Of a stretch of 28,506 bases of DNA, positions 8,264-17,473 are shown one piece after another. Both the position numbers and the translations under genes were made by a program. Each line of letters opens with the position of its first letter. Within the stretch, counting starts at the first letter, position 1. A model generated the notes under the pieces. It was given only the letters and a program-made list of their open reading frames with translations. It was not told the DNA's origin and did not search any database. Origin of the DNA: Pseudothermotoga sp. (lineage in GTDB: Bacteria > Thermotogota > Thermotogae > Thermotogales > DSM-5069); NCBI GenBank assembly GCA_041640575.1, contig JBEPZZ010000020.1, positions 1 through 28,506 on the forward strand, written 5' to 3'.

Positions 8264-9013
8264 ATGGTAGATCCAAGATATCACATTAGAGTCGAACCGG
8301 ATGCTGTTGGAAAGTATGTGATCGTTGTCGGAGATCGTGGTAGAGTGGAGAGGGTTGCAAAGTATTTTGAGAATGCTGTAAAAGTTGGAGACAACCGAGA
8401 ATATTTAACCTATACAGGATATCTGCTAGGTGAAAAAGTTAGCGTTATGTCAACTGGGATGGGTGCGCCAGCGATGGCAATAGGAATTGAAGAACTTGCG
8501 ACAACGAATGCAAAAGTAGTCATAAGAGTAGGAACGACAGGTGCGGTGCAAAAGCATTTGAAGCTGGGCGATAGTGTTATTGCAACTGCTGCTGTGAGAA
8601 TGGACGGTACAACCACGCAGTATATTATGCCAGAGTTTCCAGCCGTGGCAGACTTTCGAGTGGTTCAAGCTTTGATTAACGCTGCAAGAGAAGTTAAAAA
8701 TCCTTATCATGTTGGAGTAGTTTTATCAACTGACTCGTATTATGGCAGGAAATTCGATCCTGAGAAACATTCCTACATTGAAAGACAGCTGGAAAAGGCA
8801 CATGTATTGACTGTTGAGATGGAAGTTGGGGCTCTTTACGTAGTTGGCATGCTGAACGGTCTACTAACTGGTGCGGTTCTGACTGTAAGGGAAGAAATAA
8901 CCGATGAAGGATACATTCAAGCTGGTGAAAAATTTGAACATGGTCTTGAAAATTCCATTAAAATAGCCGTTAAGGCTATTGAAAATCTTATACGAGGAGG
9001 TATGTCTTTATGA
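8264..9013 (+). CDS. Uridine/purine nucleoside phosphorylase (PNP_UDP_1)
   Basis: GDRGR, NREY, STGMGAP, RVGTTGA and VEME. Confidence 0.9.
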   Translation: MVDPRYHIRVEPDAVGKYVIVVGDRGRVERVAKYFENAVKVGDNREYLTYTGYLLGEKVSVMSTGMGAPAMAIGIEELATTNAKVVIRVGTTGAVQKHLKLGDSVIATAAVRMDGTTTQYIMPEFPAVADFRVVQALINAAREVKNPYHVGVVLSTDSYYGRKFDPEKHSYIERQLEKAHVLTVEMEVGALYVVGMLNGLLTGAVLTVREEITDEGYIQAGEKFEHGLENSIKIAVKAIENLIRGGMSL

Positions 9014-10074
9014 AGAGGCTGCTTGTAATGCTTTTAGTTGTGTTGACACTGGTAATTTTTGCAAAACCATTGAAAGTCGCCCTCTTAATCAACGGTAACC
9101 TTGGTGACAAGTCTTTCTTTGATTCTGCAGCAAGAGGCGTTACAATGGCTAGAGACATGCTTGGCGTTCAAGTAAAAATAATTGAAGCTGGTTACAATCC
9201 TGCAAACTGGAGACCGTATCTTGAAGATCTTTCTGACCAAGATTACGACATAATCATCGTTGGAACTTGGCAAATGCAGGAGTTACTTGAGGAGATTGCA
9301 CCAATGTATCCAAAGAAAAAGTATTTCATATTCGATACAACAGTTGATTACTCTAAGAAAGGGCTTAGCAATGTCTATTCGATTCTTTACAAGCAGAACG
9401 AAGGTTCATTCCTGGTTGGTGCACTTGCTGCAATGATAACAACATCGAATCTTCCTAAGACAAACCCAGAGCCTATCATTGGCTTTCTTGGTGGAATGGA
9501 TATACCGGTCATAAATGATTTCTTGGTAGGTTACATCGAAGGAGCTAAATACGTTAATCCAAACATTAAAGTCTTGATCTCTTATGTTGGAAGTTTCAAC
9601 GACCCCGCGAAGGGTAAAGAATTAAGTCTGGCGATGTACAGGCAAGGTGCTGACATCATCTTCAACGTTGCAGGTAACACAGGTGTTGGTTTGCTCGAAG
9701 CAGCTAAAGAAGCAGATAGGTGGGCAATTGGAGTTGATTCGGACCAAGCTTTAATCTATGAAGGTACAGACATAGAAATTGCCAAGAGAATAGTGACGTC
9801 TATGATGAAAAACGTAGATCTTTCACTGTTCCGTGGAATAAAGATGCATTTGGAAGGAAGGTTGACCTACGGGCGAGCTGAAGCCCTTGGAATTTTAGAA
9901 GGCGGTGTCGGTGTTGCTGACAACAAATACTATAGAGAATTGGTCCCAGAACAGTTCAGAAATATGATCAAGCAACTTGAAGAGAAAGTACTCAAGGGCG
10001 AAATTAAAATTGGCACTGCTTATGGAATGTCTGCTGACGAACTTAACAAGCTTAGAATGAGTGTGAGACCGTGA
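9010..10074 (+). CDS. BMP-family ABC substrate-binding protein 1 (nucleoside)
   Basis: Signal peptide, GDKSFFDSA, EGSFLVG, GADIIFNVAG and IGVDSDQ. Confidence 0.92.
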   Translation: MKRLLVMLLVVLTLVIFAKPLKVALLINGNLGDKSFFDSAARGVTMARDMLGVQVKIIEAGYNPANWRPYLEDLSDQDYDIIIVGTWQMQELLEEIAPMYPKKKYFIFDTTVDYSKKGLSNVYSILYKQNEGSFLVGALAAMITTSNLPKTNPEPIIGFLGGMDIPVINDFLVGYIEGAKYVNPNIKVLISYVGSFNDPAKGKELSLAMYRQGADIIFNVAGNTGVGLLEAAKEADRWAIGVDSDQALIYEGTDIEIAKRIVTSMMKNVDLSLFRGIKMHLEGRLTYGRAEALGILEGGVGVADNKYYRELVPEQFRNMIKQLEEKVLKGEIKIGTAYGMSADELNKLRMSVRP

Positions 10075-10100
10075 GGAAGCTTCCGCTTCCTCACCTTTTT
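10071..10100 (+). terminator. Intergenic stem-loop after BMP1 (attenuator or mRNA stabiliser)
   Basis: 10-bp stem GTGAGGAAGC/GCTTCCTCAC with loop TTCC, followed by CTTTTT. Confidence 0.65.
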
Positions 10101-10110
10101 GAGGTGAAAA

Positions 10111-11655
10111 ATGAACGCTCTAGAAGCTGTTAATGTCACGAAAATATATCCAAACGGTGTTGTTGCGAACAAAAATGTCAATGTTCAGATAAAACTGGGA
10201 GAAATTCACGCCATAGTTGGGGAAAACGGGGCAGGAAAGACCACTTTGATGAAGATTTTCTTCGGACTGGAAAAGCCAACTAGTGGAGAAGTGCGAGTTT
10301 TTGGTAAAACGGTGCATTTCTCCTCTCCAAAAGATGCTATAAGGCACGGCATTGGTATGGTTCATCAGCATTTCATGCTTGTGCCCTCGTTTACTGTTGC
10401 CGAAAATATCATGTTGGGAATCGCTCCCAAGAAAGGTCCTTTCGCCGTTGACTTCAAGAGAATGGAGGAGATCGTCTCGGAATATTCAAAGAAAATGAAT
10501 TTCGATGTCCCGGTATGGGAGAAAGTCATGGATCTACCTGTAGGGGTTAAACAAAGGGTAGAAATACTAAAAGCGTTGGTAAGAGGAGCTAAAATTCTGA
10601 TACTCGATGAACCGTCATCTGTTTTGACGCCACAAGAAGTTGAAGAACTCTTTCAGGTTCTTCGAAGATTATCGCAAGAAGGTATAACAATAGTTTTCAT
10701 CACTCACAAACTAAACGAAGTTAAGCAAATCTCTGACAGAATAACAGTTATGAGGAACGCTCAAGTGGTAGGCACCTATGAAAACAGCGAGGTCACAGAG
10801 ACAGACATCGTTGAGCTGATGATAGGTAGAAAGTTTGAGTATGAGATAAATCGTACTCCTTCCAAGCCGGGGAGAATAATACTTAAGGTTGAGGACCTAA
10901 ATTATTATCGCGAGGACGGAGCACATATATTGAAAAATATAAATTTCTATGTCCGAGGCGGTGAAATTTTAGCAATAGCAGGTTTAGAGGGAAATGGTCA
11001 AAAGGAACTGGTTGAGATTATCACCGGGCTCAGGGAAAAAGCATCTGGTAGAATTTTCTTGAACAATGCGAGAATTCTTGGAAATTATCCTTCTGAGATA
11101 AGACGCCTTGGACTTGCACACATACCAGAAGACAGAATTGAAGTTGGCAGTGCTTTAGACTTGTCAGTTGCGGAGAACTTGGTTAGTGATCGGTATTATG
11201 CCGCAGAATTTAGCAATAAGTTTTTTTACAAACCAGCAATGGTCAATAAATTTGCAGAACAAATGATAAGATTATTCAACATAAAAGCTAAGTCTCCGAC
11301 AACACCGGTTAGATTTCTCTCTGGAGGAAATATTCAGAAGATAATTGTTGCTCGTGAAACAACAAATGAATGTTCAATAGTTATCGCTGATCAACCAACT
11401 CACGGGATTGATGTTGCATCAAGCGAATTTGTGAGAAAAAGATTGCTTCAAATGAGAGACGAAGGCAAAGCGGTTCTGCTCATCTCCACAGATTTGCAAG
11501 AAGTTCTTCAAATTGCTGATAGAATTGTCGTTCTGTACAAAGGTGAAATAGTTGCGCATCACGTAAATGATGGCTTAACTGAAACAGAACTTGCTCACTA
11601 TATGCTTGGCACAAAACGGCAAAGCTGGGACGTTTTAAAGGAGTATTTGCTATGA
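10111..11655 (+). CDS. ABC transporter ATP-binding protein (CUT2, two NBDs)
   Basis: GENGAGKT, ILDEP, LSGGNIQK and QPTHGID. Confidence 0.95.
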   Translation: MNALEAVNVTKIYPNGVVANKNVNVQIKLGEIHAIVGENGAGKTTLMKIFFGLEKPTSGEVRVFGKTVHFSSPKDAIRHGIGMVHQHFMLVPSFTVAENIMLGIAPKKGPFAVDFKRMEEIVSEYSKKMNFDVPVWEKVMDLPVGVKQRVEILKALVRGAKILILDEPSSVLTPQEVEELFQVLRRLSQEGITIVFITHKLNEVKQISDRITVMRNAQVVGTYENSEVTETDIVELMIGRKFEYEINRTPSKPGRIILKVEDLNYYREDGAHILKNINFYVRGGEILAIAGLEGNGQKELVEIITGLREKASGRIFLNNARILGNYPSEIRRLGLAHIPEDRIEVGSALDLSVAENLVSDRYYAAEFSNKFFYKPAMVNKFAEQMIRLFNIKAKSPTTPVRFLSGGNIQKIIVARETTNECSIVIADQPTHGIDVASSEFVRKRLLQMRDEGKAVLLISTDLQEVLQIADRIVVLYKGEIVAHHVNDGLTETELAHYMLGTKRQSWDVLKEYLL

Positions 11656-12701
11656 GAAGAAACTTAATCACTCTTGAATTCTTCAGATTCATTGTCACAA
11701 TATTGCTAGCATTGCTGATAGGTTATATTTTCTTGGTTTTTACAACTGATAAGCCGAATGAAGCGTTCAAATTGTTCACAACTGGTCCACTTACAACTCA
11801 GAGGAGATTGTTCGAATTCTTGAATAACTCGGTTCCGCTGATCGCAACAGGTCTTGCACTTTCACTGGTTTTTCAAGCGAAAATTTTTAACATAGGGGCC
11901 GAAGGACAATTCTTTTTTGGTGCTTTTGGTGCCATGTTATGTGCCTTAAACTTTCCGAAGGTTGATTTCGTTCACTTGCTTTTGACTCTATCCTGCGGCG
12001 CTCTTTTTGGTGCTCTTTGGGCATTGGTACCAGCTGCATTTAAGGCAAAATGGAAAGCAAGTGAGCTGGTTTCTTCTTTAATGATGAACTATATCGCGTA
12101 TTATCTTGTTTTGTTTTTGGTGAACAACTATTTTCGCGATAAGACTGCTGGAGCTTTGGTTTCCTACAGATTTCCAGAAACAGCGTGGCTTGCAACTTTA
12201 ACACGATATCGACTGAACTCCGGGATCTTCATAAATGTTGCAATGGCAGTTATCACGGGTATTGTCGTTTATCGAACGAAGCTTGGCTATCAAATTAGAG
12301 CAGTTGGCGCAAACAAGAAATTTGCCTTCTTCAGTGGAATTGAAACGGTTAAAGTAACTTTCTGGATCCAGATTCTAGCAGGTAGCTTAGCAGGTTTGGG
12401 AGGTGCTGTAGAAATAAGTGCAATGTATCGCAGATTCATATGGCAGTCACTTCCCGGATATGGATTTGATGGAATAATAGTTGCCATCTTGGCAAGAAAT
12501 AATCCTTTTCTCGTTCCTTTTACGGCTTTATTCATTGCATATCTCAGAACTGGTGCAAATATTATGGCCAGAACAACTGGCATCGCACCAGAAATTGTAA
12601 TAGTCTTGCAGGCAATAATGATATTTCTCATAACAGCCGAGGCATTGTTGGAGAGAATTAAAACAAGACTTATAGAAAAAGAGGCGATAAAAGGTGAGTA
12701 A
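11652..12701 (+). CDS. ABC transporter permease
   Basis: FNIGAEGQ, GFDGIIVAILA and many TMs. Confidence 0.93.
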   Translation: MRRNLITLEFFRFIVTILLALLIGYIFLVFTTDKPNEAFKLFTTGPLTTQRRLFEFLNNSVPLIATGLALSLVFQAKIFNIGAEGQFFFGAFGAMLCALNFPKVDFVHLLLTLSCGALFGALWALVPAAFKAKWKASELVSSLMMNYIAYYLVLFLVNNYFRDKTAGALVSYRFPETAWLATLTRYRLNSGIFINVAMAVITGIVVYRTKLGYQIRAVGANKKFAFFSGIETVKVTFWIQILAGSLAGLGGAVEISAMYRRFIWQSLPGYGFDGIIVAILARNNPFLVPFTALFIAYLRTGANIMARTTGIAPEIVIVLQAIMIFLITAEALLERIKTRLIEKEAIKGE

Positions 12702-13620
12702 TTTTCTTCATTACTTTTTGGATCCAGCTTTTTGGTATAGTGTTATAAGAGTCTCAACACCTTTGTTGTTTGGTACAATGTCAGCTTTGGTTTGTTCCGT
12801 TGCTGGTACAGTTAACATAGGTATAGAAGGTATGATGCTGATGTCATCTTTCTGGGGAACGATCGTCGCTTCTTTTTCTAAAAATCCATGGCTTGGACTG
12901 CTGACGGGAGTTAGCACAGCAGTGGTTCTTGCGGCTCTTCTGGCGTATTTTCATCTGAACTTGAGAACAAATGTTGTCATAGCTGGTGTAGCAACTAATC
13001 TTTTTTCTTCAGGCCTAACAGTTTTTTTGCTGTTTATGATAACCGGTGAAAAGGGAACATCCGCGGCACTGAAAAGTTACGTCTTACCAAGGATCCAGTT
13101 GCCAATCCTAAAGGATATTCCTTTCATCAACAAAGTACTTAGTGGACATAATGTCCTGACCTATTTAGCTATTGTCTCGGTTTTTGTGATTCATTACTTG
13201 ATAACAAAAACTCCTTTTGGTATGAAAATAAGAGCTGTTGGTGAGAATCCTGACGCGGCACTTTCAGTAGGTATTTCAGTCAAAAAAATGAGGTACTACT
13301 CCTTTCTTTTGAGTGGAATGCTTGCCGGATTTGGTGGTGCGTTTTTATCCATGGGATACGTATCTTGGTTTGCAAGAGACATGACTTCGGGAAGAGGATT
13401 CATCTCTCTGGCGGCTCAAGCCTTGGGAGGAAAATCTGCTTTACTTGGTGGAGTAGGTGCGATGTTGTTCGGCATTGCTGAGAGTGTAGGAATCACTCTT
13501 CAATCACTCAGAATTCCTTCAGAAATCACAAATATGTTCCCCTTCATACTCACTTTAGGTGTTTTGCTTCTTTACGCAAGAGTTAGAGTTAAGTCACATT
13601 CAAGGATTCAAGAGCAGTGA
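12694..13620 (+). CDS. ABC transporter permease
   Basis: VNIGIEGMML, RAVGENP and GRGFISLAA. GTG start. Confidence 0.93.
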   Translation: MSNFLHYFLDPAFWYSVIRVSTPLLFGTMSALVCSVAGTVNIGIEGMMLMSSFWGTIVASFSKNPWLGLLTGVSTAVVLAALLAYFHLNLRTNVVIAGVATNLFSSGLTVFLLFMITGEKGTSAALKSYVLPRIQLPILKDIPFINKVLSGHNVLTYLAIVSVFVIHYLITKTPFGMKIRAVGENPDAALSVGISVKKMRYYSFLLSGMLAGFGGAFLSMGYVSWFARDMTSGRGFISLAAQALGGKSALLGGVGAMLFGIAESVGITLQSLRIPSEITNMFPFILTLGVLLLYARVRVKSHSRIQEQ

Positions 13621-14289
13621 GTTTCTTTCTTCTTCTGTGAGTTCTCTAAAGGTCCCAAGTTCAAGATCTCCCAGGGTCAGTCTGCCTATTCTAACTCTTC
13701 GAATGATTTTGTAGTTGAGATTTAGGTACTTAATTATCTTCTTGACTTCGTGATACTTGCCCTCTGTTAAAACTATTTTCAGCTGGTTGTTGGATATCAG
13801 TTCAATCCTCTTAGGATGAAACTCCTCACCGTCTATGTACACACCAAGACTAGCTTCACTTAATTTCTTTGGATCAACATGTTCAAGAACAACCACATGA
13901 TATTCCTTTTCAACTGCATGCTTTGGACTAATTAATTTGTGGGTTAATTGACCATCGTTGGTCAGTATTAACATTCCTTCCACATCTTTGTCCAATCTTC
14001 CGGCAACATGAAGTTCGTCGCAGTAAGGATGATCAATCAAATCGAATACCGAAGCTTCATAGTCGGTTCGATCGCTTACATATCCTGTAGGTTTGTTAAG
14101 CAACAGATAAACGAACTTGTGGGGCGTCACAAGTTCACCGTCTAAAAAAACTTGGTCCTCAGATTTTACCTTGAAGGACGGGTCAATTATTACCTTGCCG
14201 TTTACTTTTACCTTGCCACCTTTTATTAATTTCTTTACATAACTTCTGCTCCCAATTTTTGCATTCGAAAGGTAGCGATCTAACCTCAT
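13600..14289 (-). CDS. rsuA: RsuA-family rRNA pseudouridine synthase
   Basis: S4 domain MRLDRYL, LNKPTGY, catalytic GRLDKD and EGKYHEVK. Confidence 0.88.
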   Translation of the reverse strand: MRLDRYLSNAKIGSRSYVKKLIKGGKVKVNGKVIIDPSFKVKSEDQVFLDGELVTPHKFVYLLLNKPTGYVSDRTDYEASVFDLIDHPYCDELHVAGRLDKDVEGMLILTNDGQLTHKLISPKHAVEKEYHVVVLEHVDPKKLSEASLGVYIDGEEFHPKRIELISNNQLKIVLTEGKYHEVKKIIKYLNLNYKIIRRVRIGRLTLGDLELGTFRELTEEERNSLLLNP

Positions 14290-14374
14290 GAAATCTCTCC
14301 CATCAGAATAATACTTGCCCTAGGTTAGTTTATCATGGTATAAGTATAAGAGGTACTTCATGCCACAGGCAACT

Positions 14375-14383
14375 TGCTATAAT
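14375..14383 (+). promoter_or_regulatory. Extended -10 promoter for the second ABC operon
   Basis: TGCTATAAT (TGnTATAAT) about 30 nt upstream of GTG 14413 and its SD GGGAGG. Confidence 0.6.
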
Positions 14384-14412
14384 TGTTTTAGATTCTTCAG
14401 GGAGGTCTGCGA

Positions 14413-15507
14413 GTGAAGAGATTTTTAATAATACTTTTAATATTGCCAACACTTTTAGCACTTTCTGTTGATCTTCAGAGAACTTTGGAAATTTATGGCA
14501 ACTTTCTTGAAATGTACAAAAAAGGTGATTTTTCCCACCCATTCTTAGAACTTCTGAACAGAGAACTGCAAAATCTTTCCTTGTATAGATATTACAAAAG
14601 TCTTTTAGATAAGAGCGTAGATCGAAGAGAAACGAACCCAGATCTTGGCTCCTATATCGCGCGAATTTACGATGCTGCCTTTTTTGAAGATGAAAATGAA
14701 CAGCTTGCCGCTTCAATATTCCTGGCTTACCTTGCTTCTAAGTTAAGTCATGCAAAGTTCACTTCCGAAATGATTATGAAAAACGACGCAGTCGTAAAAT
14801 TTTTCACAAACTATCGTGATGTAGTAACGAAAGAAGCACGTTCCTTCTTCAGCTGGATAGTCAGCTATCAACTTGGTTTGTGTGAAGAGAGACCACCGGT
14901 TGAAGTTGAGGTTGAAACGGTTGAGCTGCCTGAGGAAATCACCTACAGATTTACTCCACCTTCGAATTTGGTTCATATCAAAGACCTAACATTGTTCTAT
15001 GCAGATCCAGCAGTACAGAATACTTTAAAGGAAGCTGTTCCAAGAGCAAAGCAGAATATAATAGCTGATCCATCAAGAGCAATGGTGTACATAAACAGGG
15101 AAGCAAATTTCCTCGCAAGGGATATTTTCAAGCCCGTCACAGCCTTTCAAACGCAAATTGCAAAAGAGGCCGTAAAAATTACACCTGTAAAATCAAATCT
15201 AAGTTGGCTTAGGTTCTTAGCCTACGGTATTTTGATATATCTGTTTAGAAAAAGAGTAAAAGTGCTCATGATCTTGATCTCGATTGTTTTGGCGCTAGAA
15301 ATTCTGCTTTTTCTGTTCTTTTTCGAGCCGTTTTCGACTTATCAAGGTCTCGCATATGGCTTAGTTGCTATCTTTGGCCTTTGTTTTTCAGCCATTCTGA
15401 TTGTAAGAAGATTTATATCCAGAAAAAACATTTTAGATTTTCTTTTTTTGATAGCCCTGGTGGTTGTGTTATCGCTACCATTAATTCGAAACTGTGAATC
15501 ATTGTAA
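14413..15507 (+). CDS. Hypothetical membrane protein, N-terminal part
   Basis: Signal peptide, helical soluble region, then about 4 TMs. Ends at TAA 15505-15507, immediately followed in frame by ATG. Confidence 0.75.
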   Translation: MKRFLIILLILPTLLALSVDLQRTLEIYGNFLEMYKKGDFSHPFLELLNRELQNLSLYRYYKSLLDKSVDRRETNPDLGSYIARIYDAAFFEDENEQLAASIFLAYLASKLSHAKFTSEMIMKNDAVVKFFTNYRDVVTKEARSFFSWIVSYQLGLCEERPPVEVEVETVELPEEITYRFTPPSNLVHIKDLTLFYADPAVQNTLKEAVPRAKQNIIADPSRAMVYINREANFLARDIFKPVTAFQTQIAKEAVKITPVKSNLSWLRFLAYGILIYLFRKRVKVLMILISIVLALEILLFLFFFEPFSTYQGLAYGLVAIFGLCFSAILIVRRFISRKNILDFLFLIALVVVLSLPLIRNCESL

Positions 15508-16344
15508 ATGGAGAGCTTTTCTTCACTTAGAGAGTCCGTTTATTACTCAACGTTGAAGAAAGAACTTTTTGAGGATGAACTATCGAAGGTCTTTCAGCTT
15601 ACAAGATCTCTTGCAACAACACTATATGTAAGTATTGATGAAACTAACAAACTTTTCAATGAATTGTTTGATACATTTGTTGATGCTTACAACCTCAAGG
15701 CCTTTGATGAATTAACCTTTTCACCTCGTCCTTTCATAAGGTTTGCAAATGAATCAGCGTTCTATTCTGGTACCAATTTTGAACAACGGTTAAATCTGTT
15801 TAGAAACGTTAATCGTCCCTTGGAAAGTTTCCTGCTGGATGAATCATCAAGAAGGAGCCAATTCGAGAGGAATTTCAGAAATCTTAAGCGCCATTTGCAA
15901 AGAATGCTGGCTTATTCTGCTGATTTCTTAAGAAATGACATAGTTGACTATGTTGAAAGACTCTTCACAACAAACTATCCGATACTCTCGAACGTTTTTC
16001 CAAAACTTGAGCTCCTCAGTTATCAAGGTACATCTGTAAAGAGCCCGGACATACCAATTTACAAAGAGATTACCTCATTAAAAATATTGATAGCCGTCAT
16101 ACTAATACTAGTAGCTCAGGTACTTATCAAACCTATTTATGTTTTACCGGCGACTTCTCTAACTCTAATTTATGTAATTTTTGAATGGTTCAATATGGAT
16201 AAGATTAGAATTTTTGTTGAGCAAGGTCTTCCAATAATAGAACTTCCACTCAGTCAAGCTTTTATTCCTGGTATATTTGTTCTTGTAGTAGGTTTGTTCG
16301 TGATAAACATCCTTAAACTTCTTGCAAAGGGGGAGAGAGCATGA
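15508..16344 (+). CDS. Hypothetical membrane protein, C-terminal part (possibly one interrupted 643-aa gene with the previous ORF)
   Basis: Same frame as the previous ORF, no SD and no signal peptide. Helical soluble region, then about 3 TMs. Confidence 0.7.
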   Translation: MESFSSLRESVYYSTLKKELFEDELSKVFQLTRSLATTLYVSIDETNKLFNELFDTFVDAYNLKAFDELTFSPRPFIRFANESAFYSGTNFEQRLNLFRNVNRPLESFLLDESSRRSQFERNFRNLKRHLQRMLAYSADFLRNDIVDYVERLFTTNYPILSNVFPKLELLSYQGTSVKSPDIPIYKEITSLKILIAVILILVAQVLIKPIYVLPATSLTLIYVIFEWFNMDKIRIFVEQGLPIIELPLSQAFIPGIFVLVVGLFVINILKLLAKGERA

Positions 16345-17423
16345 AAAAGTTTTTAGTGGCGTCTTTGTTAATTGCGCTCACAGTCATCGCAATGGGTTTC
16401 AAGGTAATCATGGTTACGGACATTGGTGGACTTGGTGACAAGTCCTTCAACGATGGCACTTGGGAGGGAATACTCACGGCGGCAAAGGAAATTGGTGCTG
16501 AAGCCCAAGTTATCCAGTCATACGAACAAGCAGACTATGTTCCAAACTTGACAAAAGCGGCGCAGCAGGCAGATGTTGTATACGCGGTTGGTTTCATGAT
16601 GACAGATGCATTGTTTAAAGTCGCAAGACAGTTCCCGAAAACATATTTTGTAGGTATTGACATCGTTCCGCCGGCAGGAACTAATTTACCAAACGTTTTG
16701 TGTTTCATCTTCAGAGAAGAGCAAGCTGGGTTCTACGCTGGATATGTTGCAGCAGCCATGACTGCAACTGGGAAAATAGGCTTTGTTGGTGGAATTCCAA
16801 TACCACCAGTTGAAAGATTTAGGTATGGCTTTGAGGCTGGTGCAAAAATTTACGCAGAACTTCACAAAAAACGCGTTGAGATTCTTAGAGGGTACACAAA
16901 TGATTTCGAAGATCCAAAGAAGGGTAAAGACCTCACTCTCGCGCAGTACGCACAGGGTGCCGATATAGTCTTCCTTGCAGCTGGTGCCTGTGGCAATGGC
17001 GGTATCGAGGCAGCAAGAGAAAAAATGGTCTCTCTAGTTGGATCGGATAAACTAGTCGATATCATCGACTACTTTGCAAAGAACAAGAAAGGATTTTTTG
17101 CAATAGGTGTTGATGTTGATCAAGATTACATGGCGCCAGGTGTTGTACTTTGCAGTGCAACAAAAGGTATCTCTGCAGCCGGTTACTACGGTGTGAAATG
17201 GGCGTGGGAAGGTACTTTTGAAGGTGGATTGAAAGTACTCGGTGTGAAGGAAAACGGCGCTGGAGTTAGCCCAATGAAGTACACTAAGGGCATGATACCA
17301 AACAGTGTAATCGCAGAACTCGAGTATCTTACAAAGCTGATCAAAGACGGTAAGGTCGTTATCCCAGATACTGAGGACGCTCTGAAAGCCTTCCGAGTAC
17401 CGGCAATAACATTCCCATTCTGA
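16341..17423 (+). CDS. BMP-family ABC substrate-binding protein 2
   Basis: Signal peptide, GGLGDKSFND, FREEQAGF, GADIVFLAAG and IGVDVDQ. Confidence 0.93.
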   Translation: MKKFLVASLLIALTVIAMGFKVIMVTDIGGLGDKSFNDGTWEGILTAAKEIGAEAQVIQSYEQADYVPNLTKAAQQADVVYAVGFMMTDALFKVARQFPKTYFVGIDIVPPAGTNLPNVLCFIFREEQAGFYAGYVAAAMTATGKIGFVGGIPIPPVERFRYGFEAGAKIYAELHKKRVEILRGYTNDFEDPKKGKDLTLAQYAQGADIVFLAAGACGNGGIEAAREKMVSLVGSDKLVDIIDYFAKNKKGFFAIGVDVDQDYMAPGVVLCSATKGISAAGYYGVKWAWEGTFEGGLKVLGVKENGAGVSPMKYTKGMIPNSVIAELEYLTKLIKDGKVVIPDTEDALKAFRVPAITFPF

Positions 17424-17433
17424 GAATAATTTC

Positions 17434-17457
17434 AAGGGGCCCCAAAGTGGGCCCCTT
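17434..17457 (+). terminator. Intergenic GC-rich stem-loop after BMP2
   Basis: 9-bp stem AAGGGGCCC/GGGCCCCTT with loop CAAAGT. No U tract, so a stabiliser or partial terminator. Confidence 0.55.
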
Positions 17458-17473
17458 ACTGGGGGTTCATGGT

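Noticed and set aside
14333..14716. 127-aa - strand ORF upstream of rsuA
   Set aside because: Antisense to a well-supported gene and its promoter, with no family features.
15505..15507. Selenocysteine, pyrrolysine or alternative-code recoding of the internal stop
   Set aside because: The codon is TAA, not TGA or TAG, and TAA ends other genes normally in this window.
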